Source: Rhynchopus sp. YZ270_cl-10
Lineage: Eukaryota
Length of the DNA: 64,000 nucleotides
Direction: 5' to 3'
Assembly (NCBI GenBank): GCA_964035575.1
Contig: OZ037834.1
Coordinates: 1,178,001-1,242,000, forward strand
Translations under genes and position numbers: made by a program
Notes under the pieces: model-generated
The model's input: the letters and a program-made list of their open reading frames with translations, nothing else
What the model was told of the DNA's origin: nothing
The model's database searches: none
Shown: piece after piece, positions 48,067-60,935 of the stretch
How positions within the stretch are numbered: position 1 is the stretch's first letter
Layout: every line of letters starts with the position of its first letter

Positions 48067-48102
48067 GGACGAACCTAAGCCTCACAAAAGTGCTTAGTCG
48101 TC
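48067..48102 (-). repeat. Hairpin element family A copy with compensatory change
   Basis: gacgaacctaagc...gcttagtcgtc (GACGA/TCGTC instead of GATGA/TCAYC). Confidence 0.85.
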
Positions 48103-48326
48103 ATACCCAAAGGAGGATACAATCCCCGCGATTATTCAAAAACCTTTTATTTTTGAAAGGTAAACGCACCTTGAGATTGTAACGTATCATTTTTCCGCAG
48201 ACGTATTTTGCTAAAACAAAACCCCATTTTCAAACAAATCCAAAAAATTCATGTCCCCGCAACGTTTTTCATAAAACCTTTTAAATCACCATTTCCCCCA
48301 ACTCCCCTTACCCCCTTTTCCCCCCC

Positions 48327-50462
48327 CTATGGATTCCCCGCCTGGTAGTTCGCGGAGAGTGGTGCTGTTGGAGGTGGAGGGAGGGCGGAGAGCGCTTCGT
48401 CTAGCAGGTCTGTTGGTACACCTGCAGTAGATGTGCTATCCACGGGTGTCGCTGGGGTGAACTGTGCTAGGGGAACAAACCCGAGGGCTGTGCTGTCTGC
48501 GTCTGCGGTACCGCCACGTACGTAGAGGTCATGCCTTTTCTTGACCCATTCTTGCGCCATGCGGACTGCAGCAGGAAGCAGTGCTGGTGCCATGGCGGCC
48601 AAGGCAGGCGGGAGCATAGCTGCGTACCGTCCAGCCTGCTCTTTGATGCCGTAGTGGAGAATCACCTTCACATCCTCAGGGCCGTTGGCACAGCGCCGCC
48701 CCAGACGGTCAATGAGGTGCCCGACGAGGCTGCCGGCCTCGCCCCGGAGTGCCTCGTGGTAGCGTTGCCCTGCGCGCAGGGAAGGGTCGACGGTGACGTC
48801 GATGACACGGCGGAGGTGGCGTTCGAAGATGCTCTCGGCCTCGCTCAGCGCTGCGTCGCGTTGTGTGCCGGTGCAGCGCAGGAGCGCAGCTGCCGCGTCG
48901 CTGTTGCGCACGAAGAGGATCTGCGTGGCCTCGCGTGCCCCCTCTGTTGCCAGACCACCACGACTCGCCCCCGGGGCCGCAAGCGCCTCATTGATATGCC
49001 GTGCCGCAACAGGCTCCACCTTGTCCAAAGGAGAAGTGTCCCCGCTCATCGCCAACGCCATCAGGTCTGGCAGCTGCAGGACCGTCAGCGCCTGCTTCAA
49101 GATCACGTCGAAAAGGGGTTCCGAGGAGGGTGTCGGTGTGGGTGTGGGTGCTGGTGCTGGTGCTGCGGGTGCTGCTGCCTGCCGCTGTGCGGCCTGCATG
49201 CTCTGGCCAACCTGCTGCATGATGGGCCCCAGCATGGATTCGATGCCTCCACCGATGCCTTCCATCACGTTGCTGATGGGGATGGTTGTGGTTGTGGTTG
49301 TGGTCGTTGTGCGTGGTGCTGCTGCTGGTGCCGGTGTGGGAGCCGCTGCTGCTGCTGGTGCCGCTGCCGGTGCAGGTGAAGGTGCAGGTGCATCCCCCAC
49401 AACCGATACAGGTGGCCCCTCGCCCTCCCTCATGCCCTGGATCTCGCGACGGAAGGTCGCTAAACGTTCCGGCAGAGACTCCAGCTCGGTCGGCGTCGCA
49501 TGCACCACAACGTGAATGCCCTGCACAATGCCCGAGCTTGCTGCGGCAGGTGTAGGGGTAGGGACAGCTGCCTGCGGCTGCGGCACTGCTGTCGCACCCA
49601 GGGGCACCGCGCCTGCACCTGCCAGGGAGCGTCCCATGGATCCCATCAGGCCCTGCGGTATAAAAAAAAATTGTTGAAAATGGTGTCTTCAAAAAACAAT
49701 GCAAAAAAGAAAAAAATACACACCGAAAGCGCGCCTGCAAGGTCAGTACCACTGCCTTGGGTGGTGAAGGTGTGCACCTGGGGCTGATGGAAGTGGGGCT
49801 GCTGCTGCTGCTGCTCCGCTGCCTGCGGTGCTGCTGCGCCTGCTGCAGACGAGGATGCTGCTGGCGCTGCTGGTGCCTCCTCACGCACGACGAGGTGCAG
49901 GAACTGGTTGTCCTGCACGGGGTAGTCCGAGACAGGTGTACCATCTCGCATCACACGCCCCTGGTGGATCAGACGCATATTCTCCTTTGCAGGGTTACCA
50001 GGAAGCTGCGCCGAGATCTGTAGAAGGTGGGTGGAGACACTGAGAAAGAGAAAAGGGGGCTGACTATGCGAATGTCAACTGACATTTCTCAGGGTCTTGG
50101 GCGTGAACGCAAGACCCGTAAACCCGCAACTACTGTAGGAGTTGCAGGAAAACAGTTAGTTATCAAACTCACACACACACACCACCATATTCTGTGCAAG
50201 AATTACCCTTATTAGTTATCACCCCCCCTCAAACAAAAACAGAACATACCTTCTCCTTCAGCACCGAGACATCCCATTCTGTGTTCACATCGATGTCGAC
50301 GCTTGTTGCTGTTATGTGGATGGGTTTGGTTTGGTATGTTGAAAGCAAATGTGGGTGATTCCTCAGAGGGAAACATCGCCAATGATGTGTGTTTGCGCTA
50401 CTGGTGTGGACATGCTACATACCAGCGTTCATCGTCTTCACCTTGAGAGGTACGACAGGCAT
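48327..50462 (-). CDS. N-terminal ubiquitin-like domain protein (BAG6/Scythe-like); introns 50309-50422, 50018-50249 and 49653-49723
   Basis: Spliced Ubl MPVVPLKVKTMNA...VSVLKEKIS...RLIHQGRVMRD...LHLVVR followed by an Ala/Pro-rich linker and a helical domain. Confidence 0.78.
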
Positions 50463-50953
50463 TGTGCTATTTTGTTCCCACAACCTCGCCCTTATGCCTT
50501 TACTATGTGTATAACAACGTCCTGTGTGTAGTAGGCTATTGGTGGACGGAAAGAAAACGTTTTTCTACTTTGAGTCAAAAAAAAAAAAAGGACCATTCTT
50601 TTTCTCGATCGTTTCATTGTAACTTTCTTTCTCTCTCTTTTGCAATAATTTGTTGGTACAGTGTAGTTGCCACGCTCTGCAACAAAAAACGTTTTTATTT
50701 GCCATCAACAAAATCATTCAAAAATCTTTTTTGAAACACAAAATAATCACTAAAAAAACCACCCGATTCCGAGAATTTCTTTCGTTGATCGCACCGGATT
50801 TTTTGTGGAGTGTGTAGGGACAAAAATCAAAAACTTTTTCTGTGGATAAGTTGTTGTCGTGTTTACATCGCTCTCACCAAAAATTCGGGCACAACTCAGA
50901 TATGTTTTCATCCTCCCCTACAACCCTTGCAAGGCAGTTGTCTCAAAAAAAAA

Positions 50954-51604
50954 TCAAGCATGTTCCTCTGCAGAGAGCCCTCCATTTTCCATGACAACCA
51001 CCCGATCACACCGTCTGGCCTGTTCAAGAGAGTGGGTAACCCATACTACTCCTGCTCCTGAGGCAAGAACGGCAGCCTCGACGAGCTCCGCTGCAGTGGA
51101 GTCGAGCGCTGCTGTCGGTTCGTCGAGGAGAAGGAAGGGGGGGCGCTGCGCGAGGGAGATGGCAAGGTGGCAGCGTGCCCGCTCTCCTCCGGAAAGCGAC
51201 CCCCAACGCGAACTGAAGGTACTCCGCGAAATCCCCAACTGCGCTGCCATCTCCACCGCCTCCTCCACAAGCCCAGCATTCCTCACCGCAGCCAACTTCC
51301 CCACCACCCCAGCCATCTCCAACGGTGTATTACAAAACCCCGGGGCCGGCCGTTCCTGCGCACAATACATAACCTGCCGTCTCCATGCGCAGTACCCCAG
51401 ATCCTCCATTCCTTTCCCATCCACAGTGATACTCCCATCCCCTCCGTGATCAAATCCACACAAAACCCGAAGAAGTGTGCTTTTACCACACCCAGACCCG
51501 CCCATGATTGCAACTATCTCGCCGGATGCAACCGAAAAGGAGACGTTGTCGAAGAGAACCCGCCCTGATACTTCTTTGGAGCAGTGTTGCACGGAGAGTC
51601 TCAT
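50954..51604 (-). CDS. Stand-alone ABC transporter ATP-binding protein (FetA/YbbL or ABCI17/STAR1-like)
   Basis: Walker A GGSGCGKST, signature LSGGE, Walker B LLLDEP, H-loop VTH; about 216 aa with no TM domain. Confidence 0.88.
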   Translation of the reverse strand: MRLSVQHCSKEVSGRVLFDNVSFSVASGEIVAIMGGSGCGKSTLLRVLCGFDHGGDGSITVDGKGMEDLGYCAWRRQVMYCAQERPAPGFCNTPLEMAGVVGKLAAVRNAGLVEEAVEMAAQLGISRSTFSSRWGSLSGGERARCHLAISLAQRPPFLLLDEPTAALDSTAAELVEAAVLASGAGVVWVTHSLEQARRCDRVVVMENGGLSAEEHA

Positions 51605-51818
51605 TGTATTGAGGTGAGGGTGGGAGGGGGGGAGATAGAGATAGAGAGAGAGAGAGGAGGTACGTAGCTGTGTAGTGGGAGGAAGATGCAACCACCGATT
51701 CCTTCTCCTGTTGTTGGGTAATTTTTTTTTTTTTGAAAAAAAAAAAAAAAAAAAAAAAATGAAAATAGTAGGATCGGTAGGTAAAGTTGTTTTCGTTGAT
51801 TGCACAATCCTCCTGTTT

Positions 51819-51880
51819 GAGGGATGATTTGGCGACCGTACCCGGTAATACTATTTCCCCTTTAAAGCAAGCTTCGTAGG
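51819..51880 (-). repeat. Interspersed element family G copy
   Basis: gagggatgatttggcgaccgta...actattt..ccttt; second copy at 53749-53810. Confidence 0.7.
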
Positions 51881-51909
51881 AATAAATTTTGTTTGAAACA
51901 TTTGCAAAG

Positions 51910-52025
51910 GTTGAGTTGCAATACAAAGCCCTCGAATAGTGTACCTTATGTATGACCGGTTGTACCAGGAGGGGGTGGACACCCCCCAACTATACAGTTC
52001 AACTATCCATTTTCGTTGCATCTGA
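51910..52025 (-). repeat. Interspersed element family C copy, full length
   Basis: atacaaagccctcgaatagtgtacctt..gtatgaccggttgtacc..ggtggacacccc...catctga. Confidence 0.85.
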
Positions 52026-52153
52026 TATCTGAAAAATAAGCGCTTTTTTTTTTTTTTGGTATCGACAATCACCTACCTAGATAGGGTTCTGTACACAACA
52101 TCGCCCGAATTTAGTTTTTTTTTTTTTGTTTCGTTCACCCCAAAGCCCCTATT

Positions 52154-52504
52154 CTATGCTTTTACAATGTCACGAAGTTCGAGGTGAATGCAAAGACGTT
52201 GTTGTGGTTGGATGTATGGAGCTATTCCTTTTTCACCGTAGGCTGAGTCCGAATCACAGATTAGTTCTACCTTTTCGCCTGCAACCATCTTGAGAAGTGC
52301 TTCCTCTACTGCAATGATGTTCTGTCCGATGCCTACAGGTAGCGTCGCGTCTTTGTCCACACCGAACACTGGTGCCGCAGCACCTTCAGGCCAAATCGTG
52401 GAGCGCACCACAGCAAAGTCGCCCTTCGTCGGCGACACCACCCCATCACCCTTCGTCAACACCTTTGTGGTAAACCCACGCACCACACGGCTCTGTCGTA
52501 ACAT
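52154..52504 (-). CDS. FKBP-type peptidyl-prolyl isomerase, possibly with a mitochondrial presequence
   Basis: VLTKGDG...GIGQNI..VEEALLKMVAGEK...DSAYGEKG..PYI; N-terminus MLRQSRVVR. Confidence 0.85.
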   Translation of the reverse strand: MLRQSRVVRGFTTKVLTKGDGVVSPTKGDFAVVRSTIWPEGAAAPVFGVDKDATLPVGIGQNIIAVEEALLKMVAGEKVELICDSDSAYGEKGIAPYIQPQQRLCIHLELRDIVKA

Positions 52505-53071
52505 CGTTTGGTATTAGATTATTTGTTTTTGTAGTGGTTTTCCTACCCAACCCAACCCTGGTGTTGTTGTTGAGGAAGTGTTTGTGGTGGCTGAGGGAGG
52601 GGTGCTATTTTATGCTATTTTGGGGTCGTCGGCCAGTTTGTGTAATTTTTTTTTAGATTTTGTTTTCCCCCACTGTAAACTTGTTGGGGGGCGAACCCTC
52701 ATATTAAAAGAATTTGTAAAATGGGAGTGGTGAGAGGGTGGGAAAACTAAAAAAAATCGCCTTTTTTTTGGGGATCAAATCTATCTAGAGGGGAAGGGGG
52801 AAGGGGGGAGGGAGGGGCAAGGTTATTTTTTCTGCCCGTTTTGCCATCCACACAGGGGGCAGAGAAAAACATAAAAGAACCTTTTCTGTTTTGCATTGTG
52901 CTTCTGTCTTTCCCCTACCTTATGCGAAGCTCTTTGGCATTCTTTCCTTACGCACATTTTTTTTTTGGGTATTGAAGAGGGCCGAATGGAGACATACGAG
53001 GCAGCGCAACATAGCGGGAGAGAGGGGGGAAGAGGAGGGAGGGGTTTGGTACAGAGAGGGTGAGGGGGGTT

Positions 53072-53228
53072 CTAGGTTGTAGTATACGTGCTCGGCCCCG
53101 ACCGAATACCGTATTGTTCGTAGTGTACGATTACCGTATTATACGGTATTATACGGTGCTGCTGGGGACCGAATACCGTATAATTCGTACAATTAATTAT
53201 ACGAATTATTCGAATTTTTACAACCTAG
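53072..53228. mobile_element. MITE-like element with 10-bp TIR and internal gaccgaataccgtat repeats
   Basis: ctaggttgta ... tacaacctag; flanks gaggggggtt and gtggggggtt are near-duplicates. Confidence 0.65.
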
Positions 53229-54043
53229 GTGGGGGGTTGTGGGGGGGTCGACGGCGGGTATGTATTACTGTGTGTTTTCTGAACTGTATGTGTTCATTAC
53301 TCACATTTGTCATTTTTTTTGGAACTCAGCTGTGCTGACATCGTCAAAAAAAACGCAATAAAACGCCATCATTGACAGTTGTATGACACTTTGAAGGGGA
53401 AAGCGGGTGCTTTTTGGTACACAATAAAAAAATATGGTGGTTGTGACTGCAAAACGCCTCTGGAAGTCTGGAAGCGGACACCAATTCTCTGAGGGTTAAC
53501 AAAAGAACACAGATACGTAAGAAGAACCAATACCTTCCGATTCTGAGCTTAGCCACCTCCAACAAAAAAAAAAAGTGTTGTGGTGTGTTCCGGGCCTACC
53601 CCCCGAAGTGTTGTTGACAAAGACACGCATGTCACACGATCTAAATAGAGAGAGAGAAAGAGAGAGAGGAGAGTCGGTAGTTTAAAATAGTACCTCTGAT
53701 AGGTAAATAAAAGGGGTCATTTTTTCCCGTTGATTGCTCAATTACCCTGGAGGGGTGATTTGGCGACCGTATCGGAAGAAACTATTTCTCCTTTTAGTCA
53801 CGCTTGCAGGTACAATAAAAAAGTTAACCATGGTAAGTACGGGCTGTTTGGAGCCTGTGACCACCAGAGAACAAAAAAAAAACACACACACACATACGCA
53901 TGAACGTGATAGTGCAAAACGCCTTTGTGACGCAGGCACTGACACTCTGTGGAACACTAAAGAATCAGGCCTCTGGCTTATTTTTCCAGAAAAAGTTGCA
54001 CCATTAACCAAAGTTGGCCTGCCTACCCCGGCATGGGTTGGAA

Positions 54044-54075
54044 AGATGAACCTAAGCCTCGTATGCTTAGTCACC
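54044..54075 (-). repeat. Hairpin element family A copy
   Basis: agatgaacctaagcctcgtatgcttagtcacc. Confidence 0.9.
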
Positions 54076-54657
54076 TTTGGATCACGATCGTCGTCAAAAG
54101 AAAGAAAAAAACAGAAAAGCGTTGAAGGAAAACGAGGGGGGAGGAAAGTGTCTCGGGTACAGAAAATTTAGAACTAGGTCTTGGCGCCTTCTCTAAAGAT
54201 TTATTTTTTATTTTGACACAAAATCTAAATATCAAAAAAGGGGGGGCTTCGAATAGGGCTCTACGTGCACACATAACACACACATCTTCAGATTTTTTTG
54301 AAAAGCGGGTTTGCGGGTTTTGCAGGCATTTTTCTTGCCTTTTTTTGGTCAAAGTGCTGAAAGAAATCGCTCTAACCTTTATTTTTGTTCGACAATCCGC
54401 TCTAAGCACCGCACCTTAGTGAGGTGCGCTAAAGTCGGTACTCAATTTTTGAAAATACAAATAAATATTGATATTCCCAAACAGGCATTTAAACGCACCT
54501 TCACAAAGAATTATTGAAACACCGTTACGCAAAAAACCCCGCTTTTTTTATCCCACAAAAAAACAAAAAGAAGGTATTGAAACCCTCCTTCCCCCCACAT
54601 AGCAGTTCTGGAGGGGGGTGGCGATCTCCTCTGATGCAAAGCCTAACCCCGCTCTTC

Positions 54658-56249
54658 TCAGTGCAGTGGCGGGGATCCTCCATACTCTGATGTGTCTGCC
54701 GTGCACAATCCTAGCATCTCCCTGTAAAAAGTAAAAAAAAACGTTTCTAAGCTGACCACCCCCCACACACAGTGTACATATTCCCTTCAAGAAGAAAGGT
54801 TTACACTTTTTTTTCCACCCATTCCTGTACCGTTTTTCTTGCGGGTGTCGGGCTAATTTGGTGAAATTGACACAACGTGAATCCAAAATGGGCTGTGCTG
54901 GGTCCGGATTGGGGGGGGGAAAAAAACGGTACTGTACTACAATTCCTCAAATTCAAATTCAAATTCAAATTCAAAAAAAAGTCATACCTCCGCTTTCGCA
55001 ATCTCTCTAGGAGTTCATCCAACGGAGGGGGGGAGTCGCTTGCACCTCCTCCACCACCTCCACCCTTATGCTCTGGGGTCTTCGGTGCAGGAGACGGACC
55101 TCCTGCTGCTGCGCCGCTGCCGCTCACAGTCTGAGTCATCAAACCCCCTTTGGTGGTGTGCTGTGCGATCTTCAGGCTGTTTGCGTTGAGCTCCGGGGCT
55201 GGGCGCAGCTCAGAGTCTTCGATGCGCTTCATTTCTGACCGGAGGGTGGCCCGCTTCTGTTCGCGCCGCTCTCTCCATTCATCTGTTCGTGTTGAGATCG
55301 TTCTTGCTTCGGAACTTTTCGACCGTTTCGCGAAGACTGTGATCTCCGGATTCCGCATCTTCGCCTGCTCCTGCTGCAACTCCGCCCTCTTTTTGCTTGC
55401 AATCTCCTCTTCTCTTCTTCTTTTCTGTGCCATACCGCGGTTGTACAGACCTACCCCAGCCTCTCCTGAAACACTCCCTCCTCCACTTGCCGTGCTTTTT
55501 CTTTGAAAATGCACGCCAACAGGGGTCGCCTGATATCCTGATATGGCTGCGTCGTACTGCGGTGCGAGGTCCAAATCATCGTCCTCTTCTTCAACTAATT
55601 CGAATTCTTCTAACGGAACAACATTGTTTTGTCTGACTGGAGCGTCCATTCCTCGGAGCAGGTCTGCAGCCTTCAAAGATGTGTCCGGGTGTTGCGTAAT
55701 GTGTGTGATGTTACTGAGCATCGGGTCCGCTTCGTTTGCGTCGTTAAAGGAGGCATCGTTCGCCTCAGCTTCTGGTTCTTCAGGGAGGATTGCGGCAGAC
55801 ACACTGCGTGCTTGAGGCGGTGCCATCTCGGCAGTGCAGGACAATTTTTCTGCAAGACGGGTAGTGTTCGATTCTAGCCGTTCTGCTTCCCCTTGGAGAT
55901 GGGTCACTGAAGCAGCAGTTTCCCGTACCATAGCAGCAGAGACCTGAACCAAGTGTCGGGTATGTGACATACCCAGTCCCTGTGCCTTCATGGCCGCCAT
56001 CTCTTCGCGCATTTCATGAATCAGCTGGGCGTGCCCCAACAGCAGTGCACCCTGCTTTTCCACGACAACCTCTTGCGCGGCAAGGCGTTCCTGGAGGTCG
56101 CTGATCACCGCGGTGGTGCCGTGGTGCTGCGCGGTGCGTGGGTAGGCACCGCGAGGGTTGGAGCTTGGAGGTGTGGCGTGTGACGCATGCGAGGTGGATG
56201 GCATGCTACCTCGGACACGCCCCCCGCTGGGGGTCACAGGGCGTGGCAT
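54658..56249 (-). CDS. Hypothetical coiled-coil protein; probable intron 54722-54987
   Basis: Long ORF from MPRPVTP; a GTATGA donor after RKR and a TTTACAG acceptor give the ending REMLGL...PLH*; the 3' exon is uncertain. Confidence 0.7.
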
Positions 56250-58059
56250 GGAAAGGGGGGGAGAGGGGGAAGAGGAGGGAGGGGGTTTCTTCTGAGGTGG
56301 AGAGGTTATGGTAGAGTGTGAAGGAGGGTGGAGGTATAAAAAAAAAATATCGCACAAAGTGGATGAGATGTGTCTTGAGAAAGACCACTCGGGGAACTAC
56401 CACGCAAAACCTGATACTGCAGGAAATGTTCCTCCTCATGGACCTAGTACGGGGAATAGTTTTGCCTCCACTGTGGGTATGCACAGAGGACCAGGTAGCT
56501 GACGATTTCACGCGAGGCATGCACAGAACAAACTACAAGACATAATGCCGAATTACCGCCGAAAGGAGAGAGAGAGAGAGAGCAAAAAAAGAAGGCCTTC
56601 ATTTTCTTCTTCGTGTTGTTCGTTTCTGGATAAAAAAAAAAGGGGGGGTAGTGGGATGGATGGGAAGAGATGAGGGATTTTTTTTTTGTGCTGAAGACAT
56701 ATCAAAAAAGAGTTATTTATTTTTGAACTCATTTTTGTAGCAAAAAAAGAAAGAACAAAGAACACCACACAACAACAACAACCTCTCTGTGTGGATAATC
56801 CTTTTATCTTTATTTTTTCACCTGGTTTTTGGCTGAACGCCCGACTTCGTATGCACTAAAAAAAATAAAAAGGTTAACTTAAAAAGGGGGGTGGGATCTA
56901 AGATGGAAAATGAGACAAAACCAGAACGAGAGTCGGGGGGGATTGGGGAAGGGTAGAAGGGCGGAAATGGCAAAAAATAGAATTCAAAATAGAACTCAAT
57001 GGAACAGATGTTATACTAGGTGTAACGATCTGTGCTTAGTCACCTTGAAAAAAAAACCCCCCCCTTCAAACGATTTCATATACATTATTTTCTAAATGAA
57101 AAGAATGTATATGAAATCGTTGTACCCTTCAAAAAAAAGTTTATAAGATGACCCTAAGCCTCTCATGCTAATAGCTAGTCAAAAAAAAAAGATACCATGA
57201 ATGTGCCTCGCACATTTCAAAGCAAAAAAAAAAGAACATTTTGTAACATGACTATGCTTCACAGTGCATACACATTCCAAAAAGTGGGGTTCACAACACA
57301 CACTTTTTTTGCCATAAAAAGGAAAGCACCTTAAAAAAAGACAGACAAAACAAAACCAAACTCCATATGAAATGTTGAGACAAGAAAATGAGGAAATTCC
57401 TTGAAAATTATGAGGAAATTTTTTGTGGGGACATAATCTACCTGATTTTTTGACCCAATATGTTTTCCGGTATTTTGCCGTTTTTTTAACACCTGAAAAC
57501 ACGGGTAAACATAGGTCAAAATCACGTTTGACAATATGTTGAATCAATTTTCAACTTTATTTTTTCCCCTCTCATTAACTACTGCCACAGCGGACCAGTC
57601 AGAGAACTATTTTTACTTGATTGAAAACCATTAGTCACAACAACTAGCAACTAGTACGAAAACTAGCATATTGTTACAGGTATACCACACAAAAAAACAG
57701 TAGTCATTTCGATTAGTAGCTCCAAATCCCCCCTGACTAAGTCCTCCTGACTAATCCGCCGGGTGTCTTCTCACGGGGGGGTGGTGGTGGTGGGAGGGGG
57801 TATTTGAATAAGGACATTTTGTTTTTAATGATGATGAACGTGATAAAGGGTGATTGGTGGTCCCATATGTCCTTCTCCTTTCCCCAACTCTTACTCAAAA
57901 AAAATCCAAATCAAGTAAAACCACAGATACAACATTATTCGACCTTTTTTTAAACTCCATTTTTTTTCACTCTTCATTCTTGAAAAAAATTTGTCTGAGT
58001 AGCAAAAAAGGCGCCCTTAGAGGGGGTGCTTTGGTACATAGACGATGTTTCTTTTTTTG

Positions 58060-58118
58060 ATAAATTGTAGTGTAGTTGCTTCGGTTGTGTTGCCACATAG
58101 TTGTGCAAATCTCCACTG
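58060..58118 (-). repeat. Family B copy
   Basis: Matches 838-899. Confidence 0.85.
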
Positions 58119-58582
58119 CAATTTATAAAAAGAAGGTGAAGGAAGAGAGAAAAAAAGATGCAGTAAAATGAGCTAAAACGGGTTGTAAGGTTTCGCTTGT
58201 GTTGGCAGTCGCCCTTGGATTGAAAGAAAAAGAGAGAAGCAGAGATGGGATACGGAGGGAGATTTTGGGTACCACGAAAAAAAAATTCACCTATGGCCAG
58301 ATAAAATAAAATGGGAGAGAATAGAGGTCTGCAAACGACTAGGAATTTATTAAAAAAGCAACAGAAAAGAAGAAAAAAAATTGAAAGATGAACCTAAGCC
58401 TCACCTTGAGTACAAATATTACCAGAAGGAATGGTGCAGTGTACGTTGGGAGGAGATATGAAAAAAGAGCTTTCTCATTTTTTTTGTGCAATATAGCACA
58501 CCACAAAGGGGAAATGTATAAAAAACATAACAATGTATTTTCTGAAGTGGACTGCACTTCGCAACAAAAAAAATAACAACAA

Positions 58583-58652
58583 AGTGAAGTTGATAGTGCA
58601 AAACACCTCTTGGACGCAGGGCACTGACACTCCGTGGGATATCGAATCACGG
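58583..58652 (-). repeat. Family D copy
   Basis: Matches 9447-9509 and 63791-63861. Confidence 0.9.
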
Positions 58653-59147
58653 AGTGCTGCATAAACAAAACAAGTATTTTCAACAGATGCAATCAATAGA
58701 TTGATAGCATAGGAGGGATCAATACAAAAACAATAAAGAGAACAGGTTGGCCACTTGGTTACTGAACAGGAGGGGGGTTTGAAAATGTTTTTTGTATGTT
58801 TTGAAAGTGCTTTGTGCTCTGTTTAATTGTCGTTACTGAACAGGAGGGGGGGGGAAAGTAATCCTATAAGGAATGGAAGTGTACTCTCGTGCACATATAC
58901 CTTACCAGAAAAAAAGCGGGGGGGTGGTTCCTTTTCTGTTTGTTCTACCCTTTTCTTCCGAAAACAAAGTGGTTCGGGTCAAAAAAAGCGAAAATCAGGG
59001 AACCTCTTAAAAAAATGGATGATAATACTTCGACGCACTACGAATCCATATGAATTCATGGGGGGGAAAAGGTGACATACCACAACACACAAATACATCA
59101 TTTCATTTTCCATCGTCATCTCTTTGCTCCATTTTCTTCCCTTTTTT

Positions 59148-59210
59148 GATAAATTGTTGGAGTAGTGTAGTTGCCTCGGTTGTGTTGCCACAGTTGTGCA
59201 ATCTCCACTG
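59148..59210 (-). repeat. Family B copy
   Basis: Matches 838-899. Confidence 0.9.
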
Positions 59211-59883
59211 TCCTTTTTTTTTTTTTTTTTTTTGTGCCGTGCTCACAAAGAATAGAAGACCATTTTATTTTGCCTTTTTTTTCTACCCACTCAGTACAGC
59301 AAACCCTCACCTCCCCTCATCCTCATATCAACGCAAAGAGAAGAGAGTGAGAGAGAGGGAGGCAAGGGAACATGGATAACCTGCTGTAGTGGGCACTTCT
59401 TATACTATTAGCTTTTGCGGCATTCAAAAACACAAAAAGCAAATTCATATACTTTCAAATAAAATTTGAAAGCATTAGGGAAGTCAAACAAAAAGAAAAA
59501 AGAGAGAAAAAAAAGCGCATTTAGATATACCTAAGCCTCTCGTTGCTTTAGTCATCTAAACAAAAGAATGGTTGAAAAAGACAATAGGAAAAAAAATGAT
59601 GTAGAACACAATACTGATAAAAACATGGTCCAAACAATGGCCAAACCTGTCACTTTTAAAAAAGAATCCTAAAAATTGGTGGTATTGAAATACAAAGCCC
59701 TCTCACAACCTTTTGGTTGTGCTCAGTACGTAAAAAAGGGTTGGTTTTTTTTGTAAGGAATCTGAGGAAACCCTCAATATTCAGTCACCAAAATAAGACG
59801 GGGGAGAAAAATAAGGAGGGTGGTAAAGAAGGCAAGCAGACCTCGAGGAGATGAAGGTGTTTTTTTGTTGAAAACTTGGTTGC

Positions 59884-59920
59884 ATTAGTGTAGCCACCCT
59901 AGAGTGTGCTACACTATTTT
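59884..59920 (-). repeat. Family F hairpin copy
   Basis: tagtgtagccaccctagagtgtgctacacta. Confidence 0.75.
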
Positions 59921-60045
59921 ATTTGGTCATAATGTAACCCTTCTTTGCAAGAAGGGGGGAGGATAAGGAGGATGGGGTGGGTGGGTGGGGAGAAGCCTGT
60001 TTCGAGAATCGTTTTTTAATTTATTTTTTTTTTTTGAAAAAAAAA

Positions 60046-60102
60046 AATGTTGGAGTAGTGTAGTTGCCTCAGTTGTGTTGCCACAGTTGTGCAATCTCCA
60101 CT
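60046..60102 (-). repeat. Family B copy
   Basis: Matches 838-899. Confidence 0.9.
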
Positions 60103-60935
60103 TTTTTTTATATTTCATTTCGACAAAATCACCAGTCCGAAGACGGGTCCTGCAGAGTGAGTCGCCCAAAGGCTAATTATTCTTTTGGGAAAATTACGTT
60201 CCCATTGAGTCAAAATAGACTCATTTGATTTAACATAAATGTTACGAAGAACTAGAACAAAAAAAAATTAATTGGATAGACAAAATCGAACACTTAAAAC
60301 TGAAAGTCTGTTGGTCAAAAAAAAAAAAAAAATAAAATACATCACAACGGAGGGGAAAAGAGCAGACAGTATTGTCTAAATAAACTCTTATTTAAACAAC
60401 GAAAAAAAATGATGAAGATATACCGGGAATTAATACAGGGAATATTTTTTTTTGGGAGTCCCCGCAGAAATAAAAGGGAACTGGACTTCTAGTTCGGGAA
60501 TTAAAAAAAAAAAACGATAATAATAACCAAAGAGAAACAAACCTTGAGGGGAGAAGAAAAAACAAATGATGAATTCCTGGAAAACGCTCATTTTTTTCTT
60601 CTTTCTTGCTTCCACTCTACGAAAAACATAGTATCAAAATCCGTAACAGAACAGAGCCAAATAGAAATAAATTGATGGAACTAATAAAATTATCGGTGCA
60701 AAAAAAAATAAGTAAATAAATAACAACGCTGGTTAGACGATCATAAGCCTCCTGCTTGATCATATTCTATCATTAACAAAAAGGCGTCAAATATCGGTCA
60801 GTAATGAGCGCCTCTACAATAAAGCAAACAAAACTAAAGGAGCAGTGGGGGGAGAGGGAGAGAAAGAAAGAGGAAGACATGGTCACCACAACACTATTTC
60901 ACTACATCGTAGTGTGCTTGAATGGTGCTCTGGGA

